Of a stretch of 64,000 bases of DNA, positions 43,560 to 57,376 are shown in pieces; within the stretch, counting starts at the first letter, position 1; each line of letters starts with the position of its first letter. The DNA is from Kudoa neothunni (Eukaryota; Animalia; Cnidaria). The stretch lies in contig OZ199840.1 of NCBI GenBank assembly GCA_964304625.1, positions 2,592,787 to 2,656,786 on the forward strand. The letters run 5' to 3'. The notes under the pieces were generated by a model. The model was not told where the DNA came from, made no database searches, and worked only from the letters and a program-made list of their open reading frames with translations. The position numbers and the translations under genes are program-made.

Positions 43560-43681
43560 TAATCAACCTATAATTTTTCTCGTCGCATATGCGCATTCAT
43601 CGAACTTCGTATAACCGAAATTTCAGTATCCGAAAGAAAAATGTCAGGTCCCAACATTTTCGGATAAACAGGGTTCGACTG
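43560..43681. mobile_element. Terminal fragment of a Tigger-type MITE related to 51522-52674
   Basis: ggtcccaacattttcggataaacagggttcgactg|TA is the reverse complement of the left end at 51522. Confidence 0.7.
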
Positions 43682-43887
43682 TATATATAAAAATTAATTA
43701 GAACATTTAATTAACTGATTTCTTGAAAAACTCGTATTGAATAACAGAACACTAATTTATCGGATTAACTTACCCCGTTATGAAATCAATTTTATTAAGA
43801 ATAAACCTTGATTCTTTGTCATCAAATTGAATAATTTCAACGAGTTTGTCTATAGTAAATATTTCGAGTTAAAATTTGGAAAATAAT

Positions 43888-43898
43888 ATCACGTGACC
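43888..43898. promoter_or_regulatory. E-box ATCACGTGACC upstream of an unidentified gene
   Basis: Identical 11-mer to the DHX15 upstream site, about 90 nt before the ATG at 43986. Confidence 0.4.
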
Positions 43899-43985
43899 TC
43901 CGTATATTTTCTTTATTTTGGAAATAAAATTAAGGCTATGTTACATTGAACTTAAAAAAATTGAATCATACAAGATAATCAAAAA

Positions 43986-46411
43986 ATGTTGTGTAAAGTA
44001 ACAGAGCGTGCCTTTAATTATATGAAAAAAGAATGTTTGGGATTACTTAAGGTACTCCAATAAGGACACAAATTTTTAAAAAGCATGTTCCTCAAAAGTA
44101 ACATATATCTAAACATAGATTTTATTCGAAAATTATAAATAAGCAATACCAGATTAAGAATATAACTATCAAAGGATTGCAACTTAGAAAAATATATAAA
44201 TAATACAGTTTTTTTCTAAAACATCAAAAATTCTTTTATCCTAAAGTCTATATAAATTAAACTAAAAGCAATATCAAACGATAATATAACGACATAGATG
44301 TGGAAAAATTACATTTTTTACAAAACATTGGTTTAAAATTTATAAAATAATCATTAAATTTGCGGTAAAAAATATTATTCTTCGTTTATTTAATTAGTAT
44401 TTAATTTAACATAAAAATTACCTTTGCTCAGATATAAATATTTGGGAAATTAAAAGTTGGATTTATTTTATTATAGATAAAAATAATAATTTATGCGCCG
44501 TAAACGATGAACTATCAAATTACAAGTAAAAAATGACATGAAAATTCTATCGGGGATAATAACGGTGAAGATATATCCGATATTCTTCGATCTCAGCTTA
44601 TGCAAAAATATAAAATATATATATATATATATATATCGATTATGTGGAATAATCTGTTAGGTGATTTCTCTGTATTATTAAAAAATTGCAGTTGAACATG
44701 AAAATTATCAAGTATTCGAAAAGAGTATCATTATTAAATCCAGACAGATATTCCATTAGCCCCTAATCCAATACATTAGTCGTTAGTAAGTTAGAGCATA
44801 GCGAAGAATATGCCCTAAATGATGATACTAAGATCCTCAAAATTTGCGTCAGTTCACATCCGAAATATAAACATAATGTTATTTGTGTTGTTGTTGGAGT
44901 AATACACGAAAAGAATCACCCAAACCTACAATAATCGTATTATTAGGAAATTAATTATGGGTTCAGTTTTGCATGATAAATATAGGTTTAATAAGATCGG
45001 ATTTGGTTTGGTTCATTGAAAACATATTATTTAATACTTGAGTCTCAAACTATTGATTTTTTAGAGTAGCGAATATTTTCAACAGCGATGTGGTGTAAGA
45101 ACAGCCCTTACAATTACAGTTGGCTGATCCATTGAAATAATTACTAATTACAGAATTTATAAAGATCTGTGTCAATAGAAACTAAATCCAATTTAAATAG
45201 CTGATTAAGACGAAATTTTCACAAAACCTCAACCAGTAATCACTATTTACGTCGATAAACGTCGCAAACGATGGTCAGCGCATATTGAAACATATAAAGT
45301 TTTACAATTATAAATTGATTAGATATGAACAAAATTATACAATTGATTGAGTTTTAATTTATTGCTTAATCTAATAGGGGAAATTAATTCCAATAGTATT
45401 TGAGACAACTCTGAATAGATCATTTAAAACTGGCTAAAAAATCAAATACTCAATACAACAACTGAAATAAGATACAAACAATTGGAATTTTTATATTTGA
45501 AAAAATTGAACGGAGAAATAAATTCAAATACAACACTTTTATGAAGGATGATAACATACGATTGTTGACGAGCACGTAGAACTAGTTGGAAATGGCCAAA
45601 GTGGTCTATCTTGTGATGTCATCTGAAGATGATGACGACGAATCTTTACAGCATCTAGGTGGAAATGCTCAAAGCAATAAATTTTTGGAAGTATCCAATT
45701 TGCCAAGTAATTTGCTGAGGAGATTGTATTGGGCTGTCCAAGGAGACACTTACCGATTAAACTCTCATCAATAATTAAAATATTACTTTTTTTACTAACG
45801 TGATATTATAGCCGAAAAGCTATTATATAGTATGATGAATAACAAACCAAATATATCATGCCCTCAGAAACCTAAATGTAAATAATCGCAGATCCTTCTC
45901 TCTCTGATAATGGCTGATTTTTTTGTTTTTATAGTGTTGTTGGAAAAAGTATCAGAATTTCTTAGTAATGCTGAAAATAGTAATAATAATCGTGTGGTGG
46001 GAACTTGTGCTGATTTATGCGATGTGGGATCTTCAGATATTCAACTCAGTTTGTCTCCACAAAAACCCTTGGTATCTTTTGTTATTCGATTGATTCTACT
46101 CTTCCTGACCTATTTTGAATGTGATATAATTTAACATGTAATAGATTGTGGAAGTGGATTCCTCGCGCAAGAAAAAATCCCCCAAACCAATAAAAAGTGC
46201 AACCAGACACAGCGAACGCTTGAGCAAAAAACGCTCCCATATTGAGATGACAGTGCCCGCCAACAATGTTGCCAGCAGTGATAATCAATTAACAATTATG
46301 TCACCTAAACGAGCTAAAACCACTAAACAAAAGCAATTCACTACTAACGCTCCCACAAAACGTACAAGAAGTTCTTCATCTCACCCGAAAAAAAATCTAA
46401 AAAAAAGTTGA
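43986..46411 (+). CDS. Uncharacterised multi-exon gene with a basic Ser/Lys/Arg-rich C-terminal tail
   Basis: The last three exons (about 45811-45877, 45934-46071 and 46146-46411) splice in frame through GT-AG introns. Upstream exon-like segments include SKLEHSEEYALNDDTKILKICVSSHPK and DEIFTKPQPVITIYVDKRRKRW. The 5' structure and start are unresolved. Confidence 0.5.
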
Positions 46412-46882
46412 TGATATTTTGGCGCCATAAATTCATACACCCATTATAATGTTCCCAGTGTCAAAGCTTGTTTGTAAATGTGTGCTGTTTGTTGTAACCA
46501 CTGTGATCGAACGTTAGTATTATTATTGTTATTATTTTTAATGTGGCATTGTGTACAGGAGTAGAAATAATTTAACAGAATGTGTATATTTTTGCTTGCG
46601 CGTTTAGAACGGTGGTTAATTGATATATAGCTACATATTTATTTTTTGTAATCAAACCCATTATGCAATATTTACAATTTTCTTTTATTTTATGAAATAA
46701 AAAAAATGAAATTATTTTTTTGTATAATCTTTAATAAAATTATTTTTCATTTCAGAATTGAGCCTGAGTACCGAAATATTAATAAATTCAAACTGAAGCT
46801 TTGTTAGTTTCTTTTTGTATTTTTGACATTAGAATATTATATTTTAAAATATTTTCCATTTCTATATTTTATGAAGTGTTAA

Positions 46883-48130
46883 CCCTAGAAAACTCAGTGG
46901 GTCCATTTTTGGTCCAAAATTTAATCAAATGCTTATAAAATCATAGGGATATTCTATATATCAAAATTAATGTTATGTAAATTATATCATAGATTATATG
47001 TAATTATATTTACAGGAGTGAAAAATATTTTTTCATCCTATATATGTTTTTATCAGACTTTTCAAAAAATTACACAAAGGCTCAATAGGCCCTTTTTTGG
47101 TCCAAATATAAGATGATCAAATATTGTCTCTTAATTACCGTAAAATGTTTTTTTGATAGATTATTAAACTATAAAAGACAAACTATATTTTTTATTCTAA
47201 TATCAGAAACCCATAAATTTTAAATTTCCGTGGAGAGTGATTTTTGTAATATTTGGCTATTCATCGAATCTTTTAATTCTTTACCATAAATTAAGATTAT
47301 TGGGACAGAAACTAAACTTTAATATATTAAGAGTATTTTTTTCTAGTTATAATATCCGATACTGATAAGGGGATCTAAATAAGCACGATATAATATTAGT
47401 TGTCGAATGTTTAAAATGGAGATTAAGTTTTATACACAACAAGATTAGTTATTATCATAATTTTTCAAGTAATAACGTAAACAAAAAAAATAATTTTTCA
47501 ATACAATTCAACATAATTTAATAAAACCCACGACGACGTATTATTTACGCAGTAAGGCCATATAGCTGTTTCCATGGAGTCATGGCCGCCATCCAACAAC
47601 AGGTTAAAATCTTTGTCGCTTCACAACTTCTGTATATTATGGTCATATTCTTTGAAGTATGATTTGATGTTGAGATATGTTTTGGAGTGGAAGGTATCAA
47701 AATCAAACGTATTATTCTCAACCATTTCAAATCTCGTGGTGTATAAAACTTAATCTCCATTTTAAACATTCGACAACTAATATTATATCGTGCTTATTTA
47801 GATCCCCTTATCAGTATCGGATATTATAACTAGAAAAAAATACTCTTAATATATTAAAGTTTAGTTTCTGTCCCAATAATCTTAATTTATGGTAAAGAAT
47901 TAAAAGATTCGATGAATAGCCAAATATTACAAAAATCACTCTCCACGGAAATTTAAAATTTATGGGTTTCTGATATTAGAATAAAAAATATAGTTTGTCT
48001 TTTATAGTTTAATAATCTATCAAAAAAACATTTTACGGTAATTAAGAGACTATATTTGATCATTTTATATTTGGACCAAAAAAGGGCCTATTGAGCCTTG
48101 TGTAACTATTTTTTGGTGAGCTTTCTAGGT
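46883..48130. mobile_element. piggyBac-ended non-autonomous element containing a ~365-bp near-perfect inverted repeat
   Basis: TTAA|CCCTAGAAAACTCA ... TGAGCTTTCTAGGT|TTAA. Arms at 47071-47436 and 47739-48104. Confidence 0.85.
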
Positions 48131-48184
48131 TTAATTTCAAATAATTAACATTTAGTTTTGGGATCGTTAATCTGTTTCATTTAA

Positions 48185-51107
48185 CACTCATATTGAGTTT
48201 GGGGTCACTTTTGAACCCAAAGAAAAGTTCACTTCTTAAAAGCTATATTTATCAGCGATAAGAAATATAATTTATTTTTGTAAATTTACCTCCATGTATG
48301 TTATTTTTAATACTAAAATATTGTTATATTTGAACCCATTGCGTTTTTAATCACGGTTTGATTTAAACTCACCTTTTGATGAGTTTGGGGTCATTTTTCA
48401 CCCCAAAATAAATAATTACTTTAAAGCATTAACAATCCGGTACAATAAATAAATTTAAGTGTTATCTTTGCTATAAAAATCTTTCTAACGTTTCAGACCC
48501 GTCTAAGTCTTTCTAGAAGGATCTAGAACAAGGATGAGCATAATATAGTCGAAGGATCGGATCTTACCTCATGATGTTTCATTTGGCCATCGTGGAACAA
48601 TAAAAAGTTTACTATCGAATTTGTCCATTTTTGATAGATTAGGTTTCTAGTTTCTCTCTAAGATATTTTAAGAGTCAGACTAATATTAATTCATCCGTAA
48701 ACATAAATCTAACATATTTTTTTTGTACTCAAGTTTAATGTTTGTTTGCGTTAAATTTACAATTAGAAAAACGAATAATTATTAAATTTGGCCAACAATA
48801 TTTAGATTATTTGAAGAAATGAAGCATATGAATTAATAGAAATATGCAGTGCCACACAAACTATGTAAACTAAAAAGTCGTAGAATAAACTCCCTTATTT
48901 ACATTTTTTGGAATGGTGCTTATTATAAGCAGATTAGCCCCACTTTAAGAAATGAAATTTCGTCACTAAAAACCACCTAGTTCAATGATCTATACACAAA
49001 GCCATTAAAAATTAGGTATTCGATTTGATCATTTGTTTGTGAAAAACCAAGTTAGAAATATTTTTAACTTCTTTCTTTTTTGTTTACAAAAATAATTTAT
49101 AAATCAATTAAATATGTAATTAAGTCACATTAAGTTTAATTTAAACCATTTAGAATTTTGGAAAGAGAAAAATTGGTAGTGGACGCCTTGTTTTTAACCC
49201 CAGCGCCAGAAAATCGACCTTACACATTCCTTCTTTGGAGATAAAGTGAACCCCTCATTTTTTCAACATGAATTATGCGAAAAATGTAATAAGTAATTTA
49301 CTAAAGTATGAGAGAAAACTATTGATAAAATATTGAAAAATGTAACAATTATAACATATCCGGTTGTTAACGAGCATCACCGAAGTATTTAAAAAGTTAA
49401 ATTTTGCATCTAATTTAACAAATTTAACTTTATTTTTTAATTTAATGTATTTTAATAAAAATATATATTATTCCACATTGACGAAGTCATAAAAAGTGTT
49501 TCCTTTATAATTAATTTATTGATAATCATGCTCCATAAAACCCGCAATGCATATTGTTTCAAAATAGATAAAATGCGAGCTATTTATATTATTTTAGTTT
49601 TTAATGTTACAACATATCACGAAAACAATTTCGACCTGCTTTTATTACAGTTGGTTCTACAAACATAAAAAAAATTCCTCGCTTCCCTTTCTCAAGATCT
49701 TGAACGATAACAGCATCACTGTGATAAAGAAATTCGAGCGAATATCACTTAGATTTGAGATTTAACATATAGACAAGGATTCCAATATAAGCCAATAACT
49801 GTTGGTTTGTCATATCTTCAAATAATGCTGACAATTATAATTGTCAAACTTGTAAGTATTTGAAATAATAGTGGATATAAGACTCACCATCAAATATGAG
49901 GAATGCATCAGCTAAAGAGTTTATTCTGTTTAAAGCGTAGGATTTTAAACCTTGAGATTTTTAAAAATATTTAGTTTATATCTTTTAATGATTTTAAGTT
50001 TCTCAGAAAACCTATTAACACCATCCTTATCTTTGTACATATTTCGATAGCATTTATTACCTTCAGGAACATTAGGATAACATTAATAACGAAACTATCG
50101 AAAGTTTGCATAAAATTCTTTTATATCGGATTCAATTTCATTCAAAACCTTACATTAAGAACCATTTATGACAGCATTTCACTTGTCGGTAATGATCGCT
50201 ATTTGACGTACGCATAGTTTATTCAAATTATCTCTGCTTCCTATCAATAAAATTTTATTTAATTCTCAAAATTGTTGGAAATTATTTTTCTTCGTCGTTT
50301 GGTAGAAAAAAAACGTGGGGGACATTTGGCCCCAAAAGAAGGAATGTGTGAGTATTTTGATTATTTCGTGACCTGAATGTACAGATTAAAATATTCTGTG
50401 ATATTTTAATAGAACTCATATTCGTAGGATAATAGATGTGATCTTAAATTCACTGATATAATATGATTCTCTAGAATTGATTCAAATCTCCATTGGGGTC
50501 CAGTGGACCCTAACGACGCTCGGAAGGTTAATAAAAATTTGATTGAAATGAATTTATATATACTAGTTCAAAGTTGTTTGTCTTATTTTCCATCATAACT
50601 GTGCGGTACAGAAAAAATCGAATTTATATTTTTTTATTATTAAATTTTTCTAAAATAATTGTTTCAGACCTACATGATCAAATTTATTTTCTTCATAATA
50701 GTCCGGTTCGCGTAGAAGTATAATTTCCCACCTCTGAACAATAAGAAAATATAAAAGTTTTGTTGAAGAAAAATTAAATGAGTATGACACTGACAACGTG
50801 GCTAACTGGAATAAAATTTTGCGAAAATCAGATTTAAATGAATGATAAAAATGCTCCATTTGCCCAAGATAGTATAATAATAAACGTTCAACTTGTTACT
50901 AAAATTTTATGAAACCTGTATAACTCAATTTATCAACATTATTTGAAAATTGCATTCAAAATTATAATTCGATAATTATATTTTAATAATTTTATTACAT
51001 TCGCCGTTTTTGATAAAGCAATTTATTCGTAAAATAACTTTTTATCTTGGAGAAAAAAATGACCCCAAACTCATCTAAAGGTGAAAATTGTTCCCTCAGT
51101 ACGAGTG
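48185..51107. mobile_element. piggyBac-type element (~2.9 kb), probably with a second decayed piggyBac nested at ~49.2-50.5 kb
   Basis: TTAA|CACTCATATTGAG ... CTCAGTACGAGTG|TTAA. Subterminal gatgagtttggggtcatttt pairs with aaaatgaccccaaactcatc. Inner inverted motif acacattccttcttt (49223) / aaagaaggaatgtgt (50335) and a terminus GGAAGG|TTAA near 50528. Confidence 0.75.
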
Positions 51108-51521
51108 TTAATAAATTGATTTTAATTGCAACTTTCGTAATCCGTTTTAATCATTTCCTAAGTTTCTGAATGATATGAGTTTTATTGGATAAAATATTCA
51201 TCTAGTCTGCCAAACGATTTAAAAGAATTTTTGAGGCGCTTAAAAATGATTTTATATGTTGTTACTTGACGTTAAGAATTTTTTCTGATAACAATGTTAA
51301 CGGAATATTTAGCATAATTACATTGAATAAATTTATAAAAAATATATAAACAAAAATATTTTTTACTTTCTATGAAAAAAAACTTAACTTATACAATCAA
51401 TATTTTATCACTAGAAAATTTGGAATATATTAATCAATTAAAATATAGTCGAACGTTAATTCGATAATATGAAATATGGGAATCCCGTAAAACGATAAAA
51501 TAATAAAAAAAAATTTTAATA

Positions 51522-52674
51522 CAGTCGAACCTCGATTATTCGGAAAATTTGGGACCAGTGACTTTTTTTACGGATAGCTTTTTTTTGTTTATAAGGTCAA
51601 ACCCTTGGCGCAACTTGTTAGGTTATGAAGTTCGAATTGGTTAAGCCTTCTCCATTTACGCTTTAGGCACCGTAGCGTCATATTAGTGTGACTTAAGTTT
51701 ATGCGGTAGTGTGAGATTATAACCCACTAAACATCCTCGTTTCAGAGAAACCACTACCCCAAACATACCTGGACTAACCCAGAATTAGTTTGGGAAAGTC
51801 GTCTGAACGCGGGCGTCGGTTCTACGGATACCCCCCGTTGGGTTGTATTTCGTTCCTGTACCCCGGCGTTTAAAGCGCCCGAGTTCTACCCTTCCCCCAG
51901 GCTCCCCTCCCAGTTGCAAACAAGGCCGCGACAAATCGTAGATCCTATCCTTGCGGTTACTACAGCCTTCCTACTTAATTCCGGATTAGGCATCGAGCTC
52001 ACAACCTCACGGTATGCTAGCTGGACCTAACATCACTATGCCATATTGTCCAGGCTCTCTTTACGGATAGCAAGGTTCCGGTTAGTCGAACATAAACAAT
52101 GTTTTTTGCGCGCGTTTTTTGAAATTTTTACTTAAACGACCATTTACCTAATTTATAAACAATTTTTACTATTTTATTAATTGAAATTGTTTAACTTTTG
52201 TAACTTTAATTAAAAATATTGACATATCTATTAATTAAGGATATGGGGACTTAAAAGAAAAAACAGTACATAATTATGGGAGAAAAACACGTCTACAGAG
52301 TAGTAACTTGCATTTTTAAATAATCGATAATTAGATCATGTTTAATATACATACAGGCAAATGTTTAGGTATAATACAAATATATGTAAGAACTGAATGT
52401 TTAACTTAGGTTTTAAAAAAATTTAATAAATAATTAATCTAAAAATATTTTTGTTTTAAATGTTGTATTAGTTTGTATGCTACATTGTATATGTCGTGCG
52501 GTGATGGGCGATACTTCTATCCGGAATTATGATTAAATAGTTGTTCCGGTATCCGGTCCGATTACTGAGATTCCGGATAATCGAACATTTATCGGCACGT
52601 AATTTCAATAAAATTCAAATAAAATGTAAAATGTCTCCCGGATAGCGCGATTCCGGATAATTAAGGTTCAACTT
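51522..52674. mobile_element. Tigger/pogo-type MITE hosting a SINE insertion
   Basis: TA|CAGTCGAACCTCGATTATTCGGA ... TCCGGATAATTAAGGTTCAACTT|TA. Internal repeated ccggata motifs. Confidence 0.8.
51579..52059 (-). mobile_element. tRNA-headed SINE (~480 bp) with an A-rich tail and 12-bp TSD
   Basis: TSD tttacggatagc at 51567-51578 and 52060-52071. Minus-strand A-box-like TGGCATAGTGATG (52043-52031) and B-box-like GAGCTCGATGCC (52000-51989). A-rich 3' tail. GC content is well above the flanks. Confidence 0.85.
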
Positions 52675-54029
52675 TATATATAGATATGTATTCGATGGGG
52701 ATTTAACAAATTATTAAAATAATTTATCATCAAATTAGTCATTCATTTGTATGTTATAGAACGCATATTTATTTTATTAATTTTTTTGTTATTGTACAAA
52801 TATTTTAAATTGTAAAGAAAATATTTCTCTAAGTATATAAAACATCCAAAGTACACATGGAACAATGAGTGTTTTCGTCAATTCTCGGGTTCCCCTTTCA
52901 CGATTGGCCCAGATTATAAATTTATTCTTGAATTTAAAATTTAACAACTTTCTTAATTAATACGCATTATTATTATTATTATTTAAATTTAGACTAAATA
53001 TGAAAATTAAATGTTAACAGTTAATTTACAATGGTGATTCACATATTCATGCTGCGCTGTGAAACGAACCCACTCGAGGATCGAGGATATGTTGGATTTA
53101 TTGTCGTCTCTATAACAAAGTTATAGATACCTCAAAATTGAGTATCTATATCAAGCCAACTTTAAAGTCATTTTTTTAATTATCTATATTAATGTTAGAC
53201 GCATCATTTTATAATCCATAAATTAACAAGTACATCATTTAAAAGAATTCATAATAATTTACGCGCCCACTTACCTTCGCTTATTAAGCCACGATTTTAC
53301 GTAATTCGGATCCACTCTGGTCGCATTAAATACAAGCGATACTTAATCTTGTATATAATTAATTGATATCTAGCTTTGCGGAGTCATAAAATAATATAAA
53401 AATAAATTGCGCGTTTAAATAATTAATTAACTAATCCTGTGTTATACATTTGGGTGATTGCTACGTTCGCTAAGAAATAACTTTTGGTTATGTCATTAAA
53501 ATAATTTAAACTATTAAAATATTGGCGTGATGCGATCAATCTGTCAAACGAATTATTTATAAAAAACTCCTAGGCCTAATGTCTATCAATTAACTTAACT
53601 AATTATTTAATTAACATTTAAAGCATTTGTTAAATTAACTTTAGAGTGGGTGATAACGGCTTATAACGCTCAATTATTATGTTAATATGCGTGTTAATGG
53701 CAAGGGATTTATTTAATTCGTTGTTTATTATCTTTACTCGGAAATATTTACCTCTTAGTTGTTTTTTTATCCAAAGTTAAAATTTAACGTGAATACGAAA
53801 TATAATTTCAAGACTTGAGCGCTTTATTATCAAACAATTAATTAAAATAGTGGGCAACGGTTTTTAAGTAGTTCGGCTCCCTTTGTTATCTGTCAAATTA
53901 TCTGCCAAACTATCTTATTTTAGGGGTATTATAATATTAAATTTGACAAACGATTTCGATTAGAATAGATTAGTTGATTTCGAAGTTTAATTTGTTCCTC
54001 ACTAATATCATTAAACTGGACGCTATAGT

Positions 54030-54762
54030 ATGTCTGATGATCATCTACTGAAAAAAATTCCAATCATTGGACCCCAGGAAAAAACCCAGAGACGACAAGT
54101 TTAAGACAATATCATCAGTTGATGTAATTTAAAACAATTGAAACCACGTATAGTTGTTAATTTAGAGATGCCATAATAGGAAGATAGATATCATGGAGTT
54201 GATGAAATCAAACAATCTCCATTCGGCATTGAATTTCCCCTCAGAGCATGTAATATTTAGAAACCCTTCTCTCTAGAGATTTTGAGATGTAGTTATGATT
54301 CGGTTTTTAGGCCACCTCTGAAGCAACCATAGAAAAATTAAGTATTTCTTCAACTTATAAAGGTATACTATTTTCACTTAACAACAACCACATAATGTTG
54401 GGGTGTTTTCAGGCAGCATCCTAATTTTGTAGTTAATATAATAATTTAAATACATTTAATCCGATGATTATTTTTTGTACCTCATACTATTAAGCCTAAT
54501 ATTTTAGATGTTTACACCACTCCATAACGTCAACACCAATTTGTATAGTAGTGATTCTAGCAATTTTGTTATTAGCAGAAAAAAAAGTTCCCTTAGAAAA
54601 AGTTTCACGAAAAAACGACATCAAACCATTTCTCTGGCAACTGTAGGTTCCAGGATTAATGACAACCAATCCAAACAGAGTTTTAAAAACGAAGAGAAAA
54701 GGTTCCAACAAAGTTCAATATCTTGTCAATATAACTCCTGTCAGTCAAGTTCCACAATATAA
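54030..54762 (+). CDS. Possible uncharacterised spliced gene
   Basis: Alternating exon-like segments (HNRKIDIMELMKSNNLHSALNFPSEH, ATSEATIEKLSISSTYK, ORF 54508-54762) and short GT..AG spacers. A single consistent frame could not be built. Confidence 0.3.
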
Positions 54763-55168
54763 AGTAATAATTTTCTTGTATGGACTCATGTATTGAATTT
54801 TTTGATAAAGTATGATTCGGCAAATTGCTATGTGTTTAGTATAAACGTTCCCAAATTACCTAAATCTCATGGTACCTCTGGAACCCACCCCTGTCAACGT
54901 TAAAGCAGTAGGAGCGTGTTCCACCTTTATCTAATAGATTAAAAATCATTTTTCTATATGGAATAATCGACTAATAACTCCATTATATGATTTTTTGTTT
55001 TTATGTTCATCTTTATTTTTTTTAACACTTAACACGCGCTAATCTATAATTTATCGTCCGAGGCGACCCTAAATTAAATAAACTACGTTTCTGTTCTAAT
55101 AATTATATATTTTCCATCGTGAAAATGTACGTAATAAATAATATATTTTGTTGCGTTACATTTGATTA

Positions 55169-56463
55169 CTAGCGCGAACTGCCAGCGTTGCATGGGGAAG
55201 ATTTCGGCTGATACGTTTTTAGTAGCATTCAAAAAATATATTGAAATTTCGAATTAACCCATAGAAACAAAATAACTAAAAAATTTTAAGCAACATACTA
55301 TAACGATTTGGATTATTCACTTTAAATTATGATAATTTCCTTCACAGAAATTATTAACCCCGGCGTTCATTTAAAAATTCCGTGGCTCGGCACCAACGCT
55401 AAATACGTTAAGGTCAGCGTTGCATCTTTTTCATTCCGAATTATTTAAATCCCATTAAAGTGTTATCTAAAACATTACTTTGTGATCCTGAGATTTATAA
55501 AAGTTGAATTCAGGCCCGGCTCAGAAAGTTTGTGCATCACTAACTTTTTAAGAGATAAAAAAATAGAAAAAGTAATAGAGATAGAAGAGAACCTATGGAA
55601 ATTAATTGATATTGCTAAAATTAGCATCGCCTCGTCCGTCAAGAGCTTAACACACTTTTTCCCATAAACCCGCCACGGACTCTCGTAAACTTCAACATAA
55701 TCAATTTAAATAATGGGGTTAAATAAAATTATAACTATCCCAATGAATTTGATCATGTAAGTTAAACTTAGCGGACGATTTCAATGAAATCTACAGACGC
55801 AGTATTTCCATTATAATGGTTCAATCAATGGGATTTTAACGTTCTCCGCCAAAAAGTTATTCATTAAACATATATAGATTTTTTATCATATCTAAAACGA
55901 TTAATAGAACCTTCAAAATGTGTTTATCAAGTCAAATACATTAAACTCCACAAATAAGGAGTGTACTTGCATTAACCCCAAAACATACACGTCAATATTA
56001 TATAAAGGGTTTGATAGCAGCAGTTAAATAACATTTGATAGGACATATAATGGAAAAATTAATTTCAACCGACCATCAGCAGCAGATCTAAGCAGTCATT
56101 AATCCTATTGTTGAACTCAAGTAATCCGATAAACAACTTTGAATCGACAAAATCACCATTTTCTAAACACTTTTGGGAACATTTGGAAGAGAGAAAACGA
56201 TTTAAAGATTTTTAGAACATTGTGATATTAGATAGATATGATATGAATAATTTCGCTTACCTAAGAATCTAAATGTTTATCCTGGAGAAGTTAATAATAA
56301 TAATAATATAGATGTGTATTAAGTTGATTAAATTCCCAGAAAACGGCGGTTCGATCATGTCTGGTATGGTCAAAAGTTTCAAACATATATTCCTGTAAGG
56401 AAATAGATTTCCGCGTAGGCGTAATTCAGTGTTACACAGACACTACTACTTTATATAGTAGGA
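55169..56463 (-). mobile_element. Non-autonomous Helitron, copy 2
   Basis: The minus strand begins A|TCCTACTATATAAAG and ends cccatgcaacgctggcagttcgcgCTAG|T. Homologous to 30856-32029. Confidence 0.85.
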
Positions 56464-57306
56464 TATGCTTATTTCTTAACTCTGCCTATTCTTTTTTTGA
56501 TGAGTAACATAATCATGAAAAAGTTGAACGAAACACGCGCGAGCATGGTGAATTTTTGGAGTCACACAAAATACCATTGCCTCAATTTCCAAAACATTAA
56601 GTTTTCTTAATAACAACTTGAGTCCGTAGGAAAAATTATTTTTATGCAATATACAAAGTATTTTTTATCGTAAAAATTTGTCCCCAATGAACAAGTTGAA
56701 TGGATTAAGCATAGTAGAAAATATTTCATCAAGTATCAGCTTAAATCACCGTAATAATGCAAAAAATAATTTAAATCAACAAACGAATATGATCATGACT
56801 AGTTGTTCCAAAATCTAACCCCCAATAACTTATAAATAAAGTGAGGGATCCGAAGTGTGCCGAGAGAATGTTTGAACACCTCAGAATTCACTAATTTCGC
56901 AATTATCGATATTTTTTTAAATTTATTTCCCAGAAAAATTAAAATAATTAAGAATAATGTAAATAAATAGTAGATAAAATTAACATTAAATTAAAACGCC
57001 AACAAATATATCGTCGTCGTTACCTGTCGGATAATAAAAATTCAGTTGTCTTCCTTCAATATTCTATGTATCATAGTGATATTTAGCTCTTGGAAATTTA
57101 ATGTAATGCCTATAATTCAATAAATAAATTTATATCTTCTTTAAATTGTCATATATTCACAGCCTACTTCATTAAATATATCAAAATTTATGTATTTTAT
57201 CAGTATTGATGTTAATAACCAAACATAAATTCATCTTTTTTCAACTGAATGTTATAAATTCCAAAAAAGTAGGTGAAATAGAGAAAAAATAACTATATTT
57301 AATGCC

Positions 57307-57312
57307 CACGTG
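57307..57312. promoter_or_regulatory. E-box CACGTG ~65 nt upstream of the putative WDR43 ATG
   Basis: cccacgtgcac in an AT-rich upstream region. Confidence 0.45.
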
Positions 57313-57376
57313 CACACTAGCATCACATTTAGCTTGTGAGTAGGAGCCGACCCATTGTTTTAAAACTGCAGTGATA

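Noticed and set aside
44616-44636. (TA)n tract and other short simple repeats
   Set aside because: Ordinary microsatellites. No repeat-spacer periodicity resembling a CRISPR array was seen anywhere in the window.
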